Positions 50,996 through 63,900 of a stretch of DNA of 64,000 nt are shown piece by piece (position 1 is the first letter of the stretch; the number at the start of each line of letters is the position of its first letter). The translations under genes and the position numbers were made by a program. The notes beneath the pieces are model-generated. The model saw nothing but the letters and a program-made list of their open reading frames with translations. It was not told the DNA's origin and made no database searches. Origin of the DNA: Octopus sinensis (taxonomy: Eukaryota); contig NC_043000.1 of the NCBI RefSeq assembly GCF_006345805.1, forward strand, positions 132,804,001 to 132,868,000, written 5' to 3'.

Positions 50996-52151
50996 TCTTT
51001 TATTAATAATAATATTACCAGGAAACCCCAAAATAGAAGAAATTTAAAAAATAGTGTTCATGGGAACTGCTTATATCCTATGAAAAATATTGTCTAAGTG
51101 ATTCTAAAAACATCTTAATCTATAAACATTATCAAAAGTACTTTTAAATGTAATGTTAGCAAACACCTTCTTCTGTCATCTTACCATTGTGATTACTTTT
51201 AAAACAATCTTTTAATCTTATGTTTTAACAGACATTCTTTAGAACAATACTCTGTGCAAAATCAAAAATATGCCACCCTAGTCACAATACCAACTTGAAC
51301 TTTTAACTTGTCTCTTGAGGTCTCTGGGTGAGGCTTAGAGTCAACTTGTACAAATACAAAGCAAAAGCCAAACATATGATCATGATCATCATCATCATCA
51401 TTTAGCGTCCGTTTTCCATGCTAGCATGGGTTGGACGGTTCAACTGGGGTCTGTGAAGCCGGAAGGCTTCATCAGGCCCAGTCAGATCTGGCAGTGCTTC
51501 TACGGCTGGATGCCCTTCCTAACGCCAACCACTCCGTGAGTGTAGTGGGTGCTTTTTACGTGCCACCCGCACAGATAATAATAATAGTAATGGTTTCAAA
51601 TTTTTACACAAAGCCAGCAATTTTGGGGAAGTGGATAAGTCAATTACATTAACCCCAGTGCATAACTGGTACTTATATTATTGACCCCCAAAAAGACGAA
51701 AAGCAAAGTCGACTTTGGTACAATAGCAACAATATCAATAATAAAGATAAATCTTACTAATTTTAGCACAAGGTCAGAAATTTTGAAGGAAGGGGACAAG
51801 TTGATTACATCACCCCCCCCTCTACTTGACAGGTACTTTATCAACCTCAGAGAGATTAAAGTTAAGCTGACTCTGGATGGATTTGAATTCAGAATGTCAA
51901 ACAACCACAAAAGATCCCACCAAGAATTTTGACCAGCATATCAATGATTCTGCCAGTTCGCCACTTCTATATTAATAAAAGTGAAATTCTGTCTATCTGG
52001 GACCCCTGAGACCTCAGTCTACATTTTCTCTACATAGATATATTATACGTTTTGGAATAGGGATGAACCTGGGACTGAAAATCTGCCCTTCATTTGGTTG
52101 TTGAACATCCAGTATTGAGATCAGATTTAAAAGCATTTGAGTTGCTATTTC

Positions 52152-52385
52152 TTATTTCTTTACTGCCCACAAAGGGCTAAACATAGAGGAGACAAACAAG
52201 GACAGACAAAGGGATTAAGTCGATTACATTGACCCCAGTGTGTAACTGGTACTTAATTGATTGACTCCGAAAGGATGAAAGGCAAAGTCGACCTCAGCAG
52301 AATTTGAACTCAGAACGTAACAGCAGACGAAATACCACTCAGCATTTCGCAGGGCACGCTAATGTTTTTACCAGCTTGCCGCCTT
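52152..52385 (-). mobile_element. SINE family C (C1)
   Basis: Match; degenerate C2 copies at 51595-51965. Confidence 0.85.
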
Positions 52386-53899
52386 GCTTTGGGTTGCTAT
52401 TTCTAGCAGCCAAAGCTTGGCTGATTCACACCATCTTGGTTGGCATTTATCAGATGATGTCAGAGATCAAGGGGGAGATAAATGACATTCATGTTGTTAA
52501 TTTTATGTCAGGGATAGGGACTTTGTGACAAATTGGCCAACAGTTGGAATTCAACAGTTGGAACAATAGAATGATTGCATTACAGAATTAATTCTCATCT
52601 GTCTTTAATCTCTGATCAAACACCACTGGGGCATATAGTCATTATAGATGTATTATAGTCATGCTATTTAGCTCTCTCTAGTTTTGAGTGACAGGCCCAA
52701 TTAGCCCTCCATAGGAGCTAGCTTAAAAGTCCTCAGAGAGTGTGGCTTTTAAGTTATCATCATCATTGTTTAACGTCCGCTTTCCATGCTAGCATGGATT
52801 GGACGATTTGACTGAGGACTGGCGAACCAAATGGCTGCACCAGGCTCCAATCTTAATCTGGCAGAGTTTCTACAGCTGGATGCCCTTCCTAACGCCATCC
52901 ACTTTGAGAGTGTAGTAGGTACTTTTACATGCCACCGGCACAGGGGCCAGTGAGGTGGTACTAGCAACAACCTCGCTTGAATCTTTTTACACATGCCATC
53001 GGCACAGGTGCCAGTAAGGCAACGCAGGTAATGATCCCGCTCGAATGGTGCCTTTTACGTGCCAGCGGCACAGAAGCCAGTTAGCCGCTCTGGCAACGAT
53101 CACGCCCAGATGGTGCTCTCCAATTCTGTACCACAGATAAGTGAATAGTAGTAGGAAGCAGGAAGGGCATCCAACTGTTGAAATTTTTTTCTCCTGCATA
53201 AAAACAATTGCAACTAGGCAAACTTAGGAAAAAAATGCATGTGAAAAAGTAACAATGTGTATGTGTAAGATGTGTGTGTGTGTATCAATGTTTTAGTAAC
53301 CATTTTTAAAAGGCAGAAAACTGTTGGGCGTGTCTGCAATATAGAATATCTCCATTCCTCTAAATCATGTATTATCTCATCTGAGCTATAATTAACAGAT
53401 AAGACTGTTTATAAAAACGAAATTAAACAATAATGCAGGTGTTGCTGTAGGTGTAGCTCTGCAGGTAAGTTTGTTTTACAACCATCTGGCTCAAGGTCTG
53501 ATCCCATTTAACAGTATTTTGATCAAGTCTTTTACCACAGCCTCAATTTTTATTAAAGCCTTGTTTATAAACACATGAACATTCAGGAGAAGGAAACTGT
53601 AAGGAAGCTCATTTCATGTGTATGTATACACACACACAGACACACACAAATATATATATATAGAGAGAGTGGTTGAATAAGATATCAAAATGAATTATAT
53701 ATATATTTGAATAATACTGTGTTTCTCCATCAGTTTTGCTGTTGTTCTTAAATTTACTTCAAAGTTATAATGCTAAATTAACTCACACACACATTAACAG
53801 GATATATATTCACAGATAGATATATTAACAGGATGTATATATGAACAAGTCGACTAATGTTAAGGTCAGCTATTCCTGTTTAGACAACACTGCTTCTAA

Positions 53900-54520
53900 C
53901 TTTGCACACTACAAATGAAGCTAACACTCATCTACACAATCTCCATCCAACACTGTCAAAACCTACCATACTCCACTGGCAGGTCTTGCCTCTTGAAAGC
54001 CATGGTCTTTAGAGCCACCCTCCCACCATCAGATGGTATTATGAAAGGCGGCAAGCTGGCAGAAATGTTGGCATGCTGGGGAAAATGCGTAGCTGTATTT
54101 CGTCTGCTGTTACATTCTGAGTTCAAATTCCACCAAGGTTGACTTTGCCTTTCATCCTTTCAGGGTCAATTAAATAAGTACCAGTTACGCACTGAGGTCG
54201 ATATAATCGACTTAATCCGTTTGTCTGTCCTTGTTTGTCCTCTCTGTGTTTAGCCCCTTGTGGGTAGTAAAGAAATAGGTATTATGAAATGCTATACAAG
54301 TATGGCAGCCACAACTTCACCTCTCAGCTCATCAGGACACTCTTGGCCACAACAACACCTTACACATCAAATGGAATAAACTCTACAGAGATCCACCTTA
54401 TTTGTCCAGAACTTATAACTGAAAACTTTGCTTTGAGAAAAGCAGCACATTCTCAGCCTGCAGTATTGATTAATAGAAAGACTGATATTTTGCATTGCTC
54501 TCATAAAAGATATGTCCTTT
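53900..54520 (+). mobile_element. Degenerate RTE-X-like LINE fragment split by SINE C
   Basis: LKAMVFRAT (cf. LK..LFRATVES) and WNKLYRDPPYLSRT (cf. LYG.LP..S..I). Confidence 0.4.
54047..54277 (+). mobile_element. SINE family C (C1)
   Basis: Perfect 12-bp TSD GGTATTATGAAA at 54035-54046 and 54278-54289. Confidence 0.9.
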
Positions 54521-56180
54521 TAATGTATTTCAAACCACTGACAATCCTGACATACCATGCTCATTGTCTGTACAGAGATTACCATCTCCACTAAACACCC
54601 TACTCTGATAAATAAATGACAGTCATCTGTTGTTGTAAAGTCATCACTAAATCCATGTGATGGCCATAACTGACCATCAGACAATAAAATGTATGTAATA
54701 CAAAAGCCATATCTTACCACCCCCAATCTGAAGTAGCGATGTCACTGACATAAATATAGATGTTGAGTGTTAGGTCTGTTGTTGCTGAGTTATCATGACC
54801 TGAACTGATAAAGAAGCTATTTTGTTATTTCTTCACTTTGCTTTTGAATATCTGAGGAGATAAGTCAACTTGTTACTCAATAAATACAACTCCAACATTA
54901 TGTGTTGAGTGCCACTTCCATTTGTTTGTCCATAGACACCCACATGCATGTCTTGCAAACAACTTGCACATGCAAGTGCTACCAGTCAAAAATTCCGCAT
55001 ATCAGAAGCTAGCAAGTGTATGGGGGTCATCAGGAGAAAATGTGCGCCGTTTCAGGGCCTACCTCTCGACGGCATCAATGAGCACCAGCGCCCCCTCACT
55101 GATATGAGTTGCTAAACGAGTCTCTCTGAAACACCTGACTCATGAAATACACATACATATATATGCATATATGTATGTGTATTTCACACATGTATATGTG
55201 TTTGTGTGTTGTTATCATCACCAGCTAAGAATTATCTTTCAAGCTGGTATCGACTGGATAGTTTGACAGCATCTGACAGGCTGGGAATTGCATCTTGCTC
55301 TTAATGTCTGCTTTGCATGGTTTCTATGGCTGGATGCTCTTCCTAACACCAACCACTTTACAGCGTGTACTGGATGCATTTTTTGTGACACCAGTACTAG
55401 TGAAGAATTGTTTACAACTTGCAAGACAGCGAATATAAAGGGGCTCCTTCAACTGAGGGAGAACAGAAGAGAGAAGAGGCAATGATTCTAAGCATGAAAA
55501 TGAGGGAAAGTAAAGCCAGGTAAGAAGAATAAAACCATGGATATGATAAGATGGTACAGGAGAAAGTAACAGAACAGCAGAATAGACACTGACTGGAGGA
55601 GGGAACAGGGGAAAGGGAAGGGATTAGTGTTAGAGAAAAGAAGTGGGCAGAATGGAAAAGTAACTTTCACTCTGTAAGGGATTGTGTGGGGAGGTTTAGG
55701 GTTATCAAATATTATAAAGGTGAGTATGAATAGAAGGTGTGAGGGAAAGAGCACAGGGAGAGAAAACTAGACTAGAATGGTGAAAAATCCCTAGAGAGTA
55801 ACTGAAGGAAAGAGAGGTGTAGGAGTTGCAGGAGTAGGCCAGAGAGAAAGGAAAAGGGAGAGAAGGTGAAGAGACGGAGAAGCTTTGATGAGAGGCAGTG
55901 AAGGAAAATGAGGCAGGAGGTAGGGATCTATAGGTGAGTGCAGTGGAAGGAATGCAAGAAAGTGATGCTGGATGGGGGCCATCAAAGTAGGGGGAAAGAA
56001 GAGCAGTGTGTAAATGCAGAGAAAGCATCCTAGATGGGGAAGCTGAGGAAAGAAGATGATGAAAAAGAGAAGAGTAGAAGGGAGCAATAGATGGATACAG
56101 CTTGAGCAATGAGGGAAATAAAGGCTCAAGAGGCATTGGCATAAAACATTGCAAGTACCTAAAGGTATTTATGTCATTGA

Positions 56181-56420
56181 ACGGCAGCGAGCTGGCAGAA
56201 TCGTTAGCACACCAGGCAAAATGCTTAGCGGTATTTCATCTGCCGCTACGTTCTGAGTTCAAATTCCGCTGCGGTCAACTTGGCCTTTCATCCTTTCGGG
56301 GTCGATTAAATAAGTACCAGTTATGCACTGGGGTTGATGTAATCGACTTAATCCATTTGTCTATCTCCTTGTTTGTCCCCTCTGTGTTTAGCTCCTTGTG
56401 GGTAGTAAAGAAATAGGTAT
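56181..56420 (+). mobile_element. SINE family C (C1); an oppositely oriented C2 copy lies at 56660-56845
   Basis: Match to the family. Confidence 0.85.
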
Positions 56421-57634
56421 TTATATTATTGAGAAGTAACCCTCCAAAAGGGACATAACTCACTGAATTCAAACATTCAATAAAATATGAGATTGGTGTA
56501 ATTGACTAAAATCCCTTGAAGGTGATGCTACAGCATGGCCTCAGTCCAAGTAATAAACTCTTTAATAGTAATTGAATAATTGAACTTAGGAACTCTGACT
56601 GATTAAGGAAACATACTAGCCCCTTGTGCTAATAATATTTTATCTGTAATATTGATTTCATATTTTTGCACAAGGCCAGCAATTTTGTGGAAGGGAGTAA
56701 GTCATTTACATCGACCCCAGTGCTCAACTGGTACTTATTTTATTAATCCCAAAACGATGAATGGTAAAGTCGACCTCAGCAGAATTTGAACTTAGAATGT
56801 AAAGACGGACGAAATGTCACTAAATATTTTGCTTGGTGAGCTGACAATTCTGCCAGCTCACCATTCCATTTTATCTGTAATATTGAAATTTAACCTTTCA
56901 TGAGTCAGATGTTTCATAGAGACTCGTTTAGCAACTTAGCTTATGCAGAGCTACTGGAGTACCACCAATACAGATTGGGGTATGAATGGCTTAATTTCAC
57001 AGCCCAAATACATATGGAGGCAAGTCTATATATTTATATATTTATGGCTTGTTTACTTCCTAAGTTGCCAATGTTAATAGCTGAAGTCCATTATTGCCAG
57101 CAGTTTGGCAAAGAGAAAAGAATGAATCATAATGAATTATTAAACAATGAGGAGAGTTGAAGGCTTAGTCCTCTTCCTCTTCTGCTGCAAAGGATCCCAT
57201 TAGCTTAATTTCACAAAAAAATGAAATATGTATGGATATGAATGTGTATATGCATTTCTGGGAGTGGTCTGCATGTTAGCATGTTTACCCAGCTAGCCTT
57301 AGCCAGAACTGCATGGTTCAGTTGCTATCTAGGAGTTCATGATCATTTTCTCTCTCTCTTGATTTGTTGATAACACACACACACACACACACTTTTTAAC
57401 ATTGCTTATATGGAGCAGTTCAATGACTAGTAAAATCAATAGAGCATCAGATAAAACATCTTGTGGTATTTGCTTACATCTCTTTATGATTTGAGTTCAA
57501 ATCCTACCCGGTTTGACTCTGTTTGCTACTCTTCCAAAGTCAATAAAATTAATACACAACCTACAGGTACCAGAGTCGATACATCTCAGCTATAGCCCTA
57601 AAGGTAAAAATTACATCTTATATTACTATACAGA

Positions 57635-58200
57635 CATTGCTGTGTGGTTAAGAAGCTCACTTTGCAACTGTCAAATTGCACTGCACAGCACATTGGACAA
57701 GTCTCTTCTATTATAGCCACAGACTGATCTATACCTTCTGAGGAAGTTTGGCAGATATACACTATGTGAAAGCCCATTGTGTGTGTGTGTGTGTGTGTGT
57801 GCATAACTTTGTATTTGTTCTCTTCATGACCACTCAGTAACTGGTGTTAGTTTGTTCATGTACCCATAACCTAGCAGTGTGCCAAAAGACACTGACAGAA
57901 TGAGTACCAGACTTTAATAAAAGTAAGTAGAGAGGTCAATTTGTTTGACTAAACTTTTCAAAAGGCAGTGTCCCATCAGGGCCTCAGTCCAATGACTGAA
58001 ACAAGTAAAAGAGAAAAGAAACATGTATAGGCACAGGCGTGGTTGTGGTAAGAAGCTCACTTCTCAACCACATGATTGTGGGTTCAGTCCCACAGTACAG
58101 CACCTTGGGCAAGTGTCTTCTCTTATAGCCTCAGGCCGACCAAAGCTTTATGGGTAAATTTGGTAGATGGAAACTGAAAGAAGCCTTTCATATATCTGTA
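57635..58200 (+). mobile_element. Two degenerate SINE family A copies
   Basis: Heads at ~57635 and ~58030. Confidence 0.7.
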
Positions 58201-58470
58201 TATATAAAAGAGAGATTCTGTCCATCTGTTTGTTTGTCCAGCAAAATGAAACTAAATGGTTCAGAGGAAGCTATTATGATCTTTATATATATATAAAATC
58301 AAAATTTTTTCACTTTCTTTCTCTGGCAAAATGAAAGTACCTGGTTCAGGAGAAGCTATTATGCTATTACCTAATTTGTCTGGGGTTAATTCATTCTATG
58401 AAAAAAAAACTCAAGGGGGTACCCCAGCATGGCCACAGTCTAATAACTAAAACAAGTAAAGGATAAAATA

Positions 58471-58835
58471 CAGTTCTACATTTAAGAGATGAGGAATTAT
58501 GTACGTTATTTACATTTGACAGATATTTGTCCTCATCTTGTTTGTTGTTAACACAATGTTTCAGCTGATATACCCTCCAGCCTTCATCAGGTGTCTTGGG
58601 GAAATTTTGAACCTGGGTTCTCATTCCTAAAGTACTTTTTGATGTTATTATTATTATTATTATATTATTATTATTATTCAGGTCACTGCCTGGAATCGAA
58701 CTTGGAATCTTGGGGTTAGTAGCCCGCACTCTTAACCACTACGCCATATGCCCATGATGAAGGCTGGAGGGTATATCAGCCGAAATGTTGCGTTAACAAC
58801 AAGATGAGGACAAATATCTGTCAAATATAAATAAT
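58471..58835 (-). mobile_element. tRNA-headed non-autonomous element with a hammerhead-bearing PLE-like tail and an inverted partial tail copy at its 5' end
   Basis: 15-bp TSD GTAAAGGATAAAATA (58456-58470, 58836-58850); tRNA-like head 58753-58680 (A box TGGCGTAGTGG, B box GTTCGATTCC); ~85-bp inverted arms 58502-58589 and 58755-58838. Confidence 0.8.
58550..58595 (-). ncRNA. Minimal type-I hammerhead fold (slightly decayed)
   Basis: GACAC-CUGAUGA-A-GGCUG(GAGGGUAUAU)CAGCU-GAAA-CA-UU-GUGUU; the inverted copy has CAGCC-GAAA-UG-UU, implying an ancestral ACGU palindrome. Confidence 0.65.
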
Positions 58836-59099
58836 GTAAAGGATAAAATAATAAAAATTATAAACCAAGTATACTAGTTTCAAAGAGGAAGTAAAACTGA
58901 GTCATATTTAGTGCTGAAAGCTTAAACTTTGGTTCTTGGCATTTGATTTTCCTCACTGAGGAAACATGTGATCAAAACTATCCCATGGTTCTTCTACCTC
59001 TGTCCCCATTTCATCAACTTTCATTTGAATCCTCAAATAAACCTGAATCCAGTCATCATTCCATCTTCTCTGCCCCACTATTTCTGGGAGGGTTGTGGG

Positions 59100-59380
59100 C
59101 AGGGCTGTGGAGTTGAAACAAAAAACTTCGACTCTGACTCCTCTACTATTGGCACCTCTGACTCCTCTCTATGTAGTTAAGTGACTGTGGTCTACATATA
59201 TCATAAAGTATATGCATACACTTGTACTTTGAGTAGGCCTATATGTTATAACTGGTTTATATTAAAGAACAAAGATATTGTGAGTCAGAGTCAGAGTTAA
59301 TACAGTTTTATTGACTCCGACTCCAGCTACCCCTTAATAGTTTCCGACTCTGACTCCATGACTCCAGTTCCACAGCCCTG
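59100..59380. mobile_element. hAT-type MITE (281 bp)
   Basis: TIR CAGGGCTGTGGA/TCCACAGCCCTG, perfect 8-bp TSD GTTGTGGG, subterminal GACTCY repeats. Confidence 0.9.
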
Positions 59381-59389
59381 GTTGTGGGA

Positions 59390-59720
59390 GTAGAGTTCTC
59401 GGGCATTTCTTCTACAGGGTCAGTCCTATCATAAGTAACCTTTGCTACATTTTCCAGCTGGATTTCTAAGTGTGACCAATGGAAACTATGCATATTATCC
59501 AACCATCTCATCCTTGGTCAACCCCTCGGTCAACCCCTCGGTCAACCCCTCGGTCAACCCCTCGGTCACCTACCAGTTGGTTCGTCTTGAAGAATCAGTC
59601 TTGTGAGTTAAAGTTATAAAGAGATATAAAGAAGAGAAAGGAACCGAGACTGTTTGACAGCCATGCCTTTCTCAAGAGCATTATTAACGACACAGTGAAG
59701 TGAAATGGCTGCAACTACAA
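59390..59720 (-). mobile_element. RTE LINE 3' remnant containing a 12-bp tandem repeat (59516-59570)
   Basis: LQDEPTGR*(PRG*)4-PRMRWLDN, a decayed RGRPR..RWLD motif. Confidence 0.6.
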
Positions 59721-59742
59721 ATGAAGGTTAGGTCATAGTAAT

Positions 59743-59775
<33 letters not shown>

Positions 59776-61324
59776 GTTTAACGTCCGTTCTCCATGCTAG
59801 CATGGGTTGGACGGTTCGACCGGGGATCTGGGAAGCCAGAAGGCTGCACCAGGCTCCAGTCTTATCTGGCAATGTTTCTACAGCTGGATGCCCTTCCTAA
59901 CGCCAACCACTCCGTGAGTGTAGTGGGTGCTTTTTATGTGCCACCTGCACAGGTGCCAGGCGAGGCTAGCAACGGCCACGGTCGGATTGGTGTATTTTAT
60001 GTGCCACCGGCACGGAAGCCAGTTGAGGTAAATTACGAGGTTCATTGTGGGTAAATTACTTAGTTTAGTAGAATATCATAACTTGTATTTGATGATGCCT
60101 TTTTTCATGTCAGTTTCTCTCTTCCCTTCTTTCTTTAACTATTTCTCTTTTCTAAATATCCCCCCCTCTCTCTCTCACATTCTATCTATCTTTCACTTAG
60201 CCTGTTATTACATAGAGTTTCTCTTGCTTTGCTTTCTACACAGATTTTTCCATACCATTTTCCTTTACAAACATTTTATTACATTGATCAGTTCCCTTCC
60301 TCCCTCTGTCTCTCTGTCTCTCTCTCTCTCTCTCTGATACACTCAGTATATTTTGTCTTTTTTTAATTCTTTCCTTTCCCCCATGTTCTCTCAGCTCTGT
60401 TCCATTCTCTCAACTCTCCAACCAGCCTTTACTTGTTTTCCTGTTCACCACACTCTTTCAAACTTTCTGAAAGAGCCCTGTGTCATCATGATAGAGAACT
60501 AATTATGCTTGCTACACTTATTGCTGTTATTGTAGTTGTTGCTGTTATTATTGTTGAAACTTTTTACTGTTAATGGTGAGAGCTATTGTTGTAGCGGAGG
60601 TTACTGTTTTATATGCATATGTATATACATATATGTATGTATATATATATATAATAATAATATATATATATATATATATACACAGACACATACATCTAGT
60701 GCACTAATTATCAATAAACCACACATTCTATACCACATTTGGTATAACAAAAGAACACAAAAAAAAAGAAGAAAATTAATGGCACAATTCTACATAATCA
60801 AAAAGGAAAAAGTACAGTGTAGTTTGAGGGATGAAAAGAAAAAAGAAAAAAAATAACAAACAAAACAAAGATAAAAGAACAATGAAATAACAATCTAAAT
60901 GCTCATAAAAGATATAAAGGTTTACTAGAATCCTGAATATGAATATAACACATTTGTTACATCGAGCCTACTTTGAAGGTAAGATATCAAACACCATATC
61001 TTTACCTGGCTAAACTTCTGTAAAGGCAGTCAATTGATAATATTGATTTTCTAATTAGGAGGTCAAATTTTGTAGAGAAACAGTATTCCATTTAGCCATT
61101 GGCAATCCACTGCTGGATGAAAGCCTCAACATGCTGTTGGTGGTTGGTTTATCTAAACTGGTTGTAGGTCCAGCTATCAGTACCTAGGTAGAATTTGAAA
61201 TCAGAAGGTGCAAAAGCATCTCGACTGACATCCTCAAATCCATTGTGCCAAACTGGCATTTTATTTACGACTCATGAAATAATGACGGGCAAAATTGACT
61301 ATTACAGGATTTGAACTCAGGTCA

Positions 61325-61700
61325 CATCATCATCATCATTGTTCGACCATGGTCGAGACAATGGAATTTACCATGCTACGCCAGACTTCACGGTCCATTA
61401 TGGCATTACGGAGGTCCTGTTGCTGGATGCCTGTATCCCTGGAGATTACATCAGGGTAGGAGAGTGTGCGCCCTCTGGCATTGCGAGTAGATGGCTTCCA
61501 GAGGAGGAGAGTAGAAATTACCTCTTTTTCAGCTCTACAACAATGTCCAGCAAACTGGACTCTCCTACCTTTCACAAGAGATGACACTGGTGGTAGTTTC
61601 CCATATACTTGCATTTTGGTTGGATGGCGCTTCCACAAGAGATTTTGAGCTCTCATAAGGAGGCGAGTGTGAGAGCTTGAATGAATATCACATTGCATTC
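61325..61700 (-). mobile_element. RTE-X-like LINE 3' end with (GAT)n tail
   Basis: ORF HTRLLMRAQNLLWKRHPTKMQVYGKLPPVSSLVKGRRVQFAGHC..LLLWKP..RGRTLSYPDVISRDTG..DREVW. Confidence 0.85.
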
Positions 61701-62004
61701 TATCAACTATTCTGATGATTCTGCCAAGGTGCCTATTCTGATAACAATGTATAAATTAGAGTCAGTTAAAATGATAGAAGTATATCATATTTAAAGAAAA
61801 TGAGGGCTCACCTACATGGTTGCTTTACCTGCTAGAAATAGCAACTAAATCTTCAAATTAAACCCTATAGCTTGACAAAGGAGAGACAGATTAAATAATG
61901 TAATTCCTAATGAACAAAGCCTGACAGAAGAACAGGATGGTCATGGTTGAAACAAGATGGAGCTTTGGTCATAGGTCTACTCAGCCACTCCTCTTCCACC
62001 ACAG

Positions 62005-62245
62005 GAATGTGTGTGTGTGTGTGTCTTTGTTACCCACCACTACTTGACAACTGATGTTGGTGTGTTTATGTCCCTTTAACTTAGCAGTTCAGCAAAAGAA
62101 ATTGATAGAATAAGTACCAGGCTTTAAAAAAAAAGAATTAAAATATGTACTGGGTTCAATTCATCTTTCTAAAAATCCTTCAAGGCACTGCCCCAGCGTG
62201 GCCACAGTCTAATGATTGAAACAAGAAAAAGATAAAAGATAAAAA
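62005..62245 (+). mobile_element. SINE family A, 3' half
   Basis: Match to the tail. Confidence 0.75.
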
Positions 62246-62630
62246 GAACATCCTCCTTTTTTATTTTTTGTTTTGTCTTATCCTTTAAAAGAGTTAATAA
62301 AAGAGCCATCAGTAATAATAAAATATATTGAAATTTCAATGAAAATCAACTATTCATGCTCACATTCAAACATTAGCTTTGTCAAATAAAATAATGATAT
62401 TTCATAGTATAATATGATGCTACAGAATTTAGAAGATATCACTCAAAAGTGATGCAAATATAATCAAATACTAAATACTTGCCATAGCTGTCATGACCGT
62501 TTTATCTTCTTCCAAAGCATAAGACAACAAGGAATATATCCAATGTGTAATTACTTCATTTTAAGAAAGTATAGTGTGATTAAATGGATATTTGGTTGCT
62601 ATTTCTAGCCAGTTGAGTGACTGCTTTGAG

Positions 62631-62778
62631 CAGTCATGGGCAAACTGCAACTTGCAGGTCTTTCTGAATAGTATGCCTAAATGAGAAATTACCTTAAATT
62701 ATTTTTGGCAGAACAACTCACCTAATGAGGAACCATGTTTCCTGAGACCCACTTCTTGAAAAAGGTTGCCTATGTCTG
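62631..62778. mobile_element. hAT-type MITE (148 bp)
   Basis: TIR CAGTCATGGGCAAACT vs CAGACATAGGCAACCT; 8-bp flanks GCTTTGAG/GCTTAGAG (7/8). Confidence 0.7.
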
Positions 62779-63654
62779 GCTTAGAGGTTCTCACATTGGC
62801 ACATTATCACAGATAATTAGTTCTGTTGGTTTCAAACAAAGAGATAAATAGGGATTTTGACATCCTTGTTTCTCAAGTGCACTAACAAAGTAACTCAGGT
62901 GCAATAGTTTCAACATGGGATCAAATATTGTCATAGCATAATACAATAGGACAACATGAAACTCTAGGAGCCAGAATTCAATATAATCTTTCAACAAAAA
63001 CTTGTTAAGTAAGCACCACCAGCAATACTATCTAAACAATGAAAAATATTCCAAAGACTAAACAGAAATTGATCCTTAAGTTGTTTGATTTGCTTATCTC
63101 TCTGCCATTTCCATCCGGTATCTCTTTCTCCCTCTGCCCCCACTCACTCTATCTATCAATCTCTCTTCCTATCAGTCTTTCTTCTTCTCCTGCAATTAAA
63201 ATGTATCTTCCATAAATGTTAATATTGGTGTTATATCAAGAAGACAAGAATGTAAGGTTTCTTCCAATAACAACACTCTAATTTATGATCCATGGTAGCA
63301 GACAATATCTCATCATTTGCAACAAAGATAAGCTTTCTAAAATGAAAGATAAGCAAATAAAGAAAATGGAAACCCTGTTATGATAAACATGCATTAAGAG
63401 CATATTTAGAAGCCCAGTTATAGCCAACCAGACTCAAGTTTAAATAATGTGAAACAATAACTTATCTGTCCATTATTATCTCATCTCCACCAACCCAACC
63501 CAACGCTACCGTATTTCAGCTGAGAAACTGATAAAGAAGGTGGCAGCGAGGAATTTATAAAGAAATTATATTTACGCTTTTAATGATTAATTACCAAAGG
63601 TAAATATAAACCAGGGAACCAAGATTTTGAATGTGCTTGATTTTGTTTCCATTT

Positions 63655-63900
63655 CAATATTTTCTGCATTTTGTTATTGATGATGATGATGATGATGAGG
63701 AGGAGGAGGGTGACGACGATGACATCAAAGACAATGTTGGTAGTTGTAATGATGATGATGGTGATGGTGCTGGTGGTAATGGTGTTGACAATGATAATGA
63801 TGGCAGTGCTGGCGGTAATGGTGTTGGCGATGATGATGATGGTGGTGGTGATGAAGCTGATGCTAAATAATGATGTTGCTCATTTTGTTATTGCTACTGT
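63655..63900. repeat. (GAT/GGT)n-rich low-complexity tract
   Basis: Seen directly. Confidence 0.85.

Noticed and set aside
51232-51327. 96-nt plus-strand segment with strong acceptor and donor
   Set aside because: Stops in all three frames; a non-coding exon cannot be supported without transcript data
55063-55125. 63-nt minus-strand open 'exon' ETRLATHISEGALVLIDAVER
   Set aside because: Its 5' part is repeated at ~56900, so it is more likely a repeat end
55488-56154. Several 90-150-aa ORFs in a purine/pyrimidine-skewed tract
   Set aside because: Low-complexity Ser/Leu/Pro/Phe output; no domain motifs
63240-63336. Strong minus-strand acceptor at 63336 followed by ACCATGG
   Set aside because: All frames close within ~35 codons and there is no convincing donor
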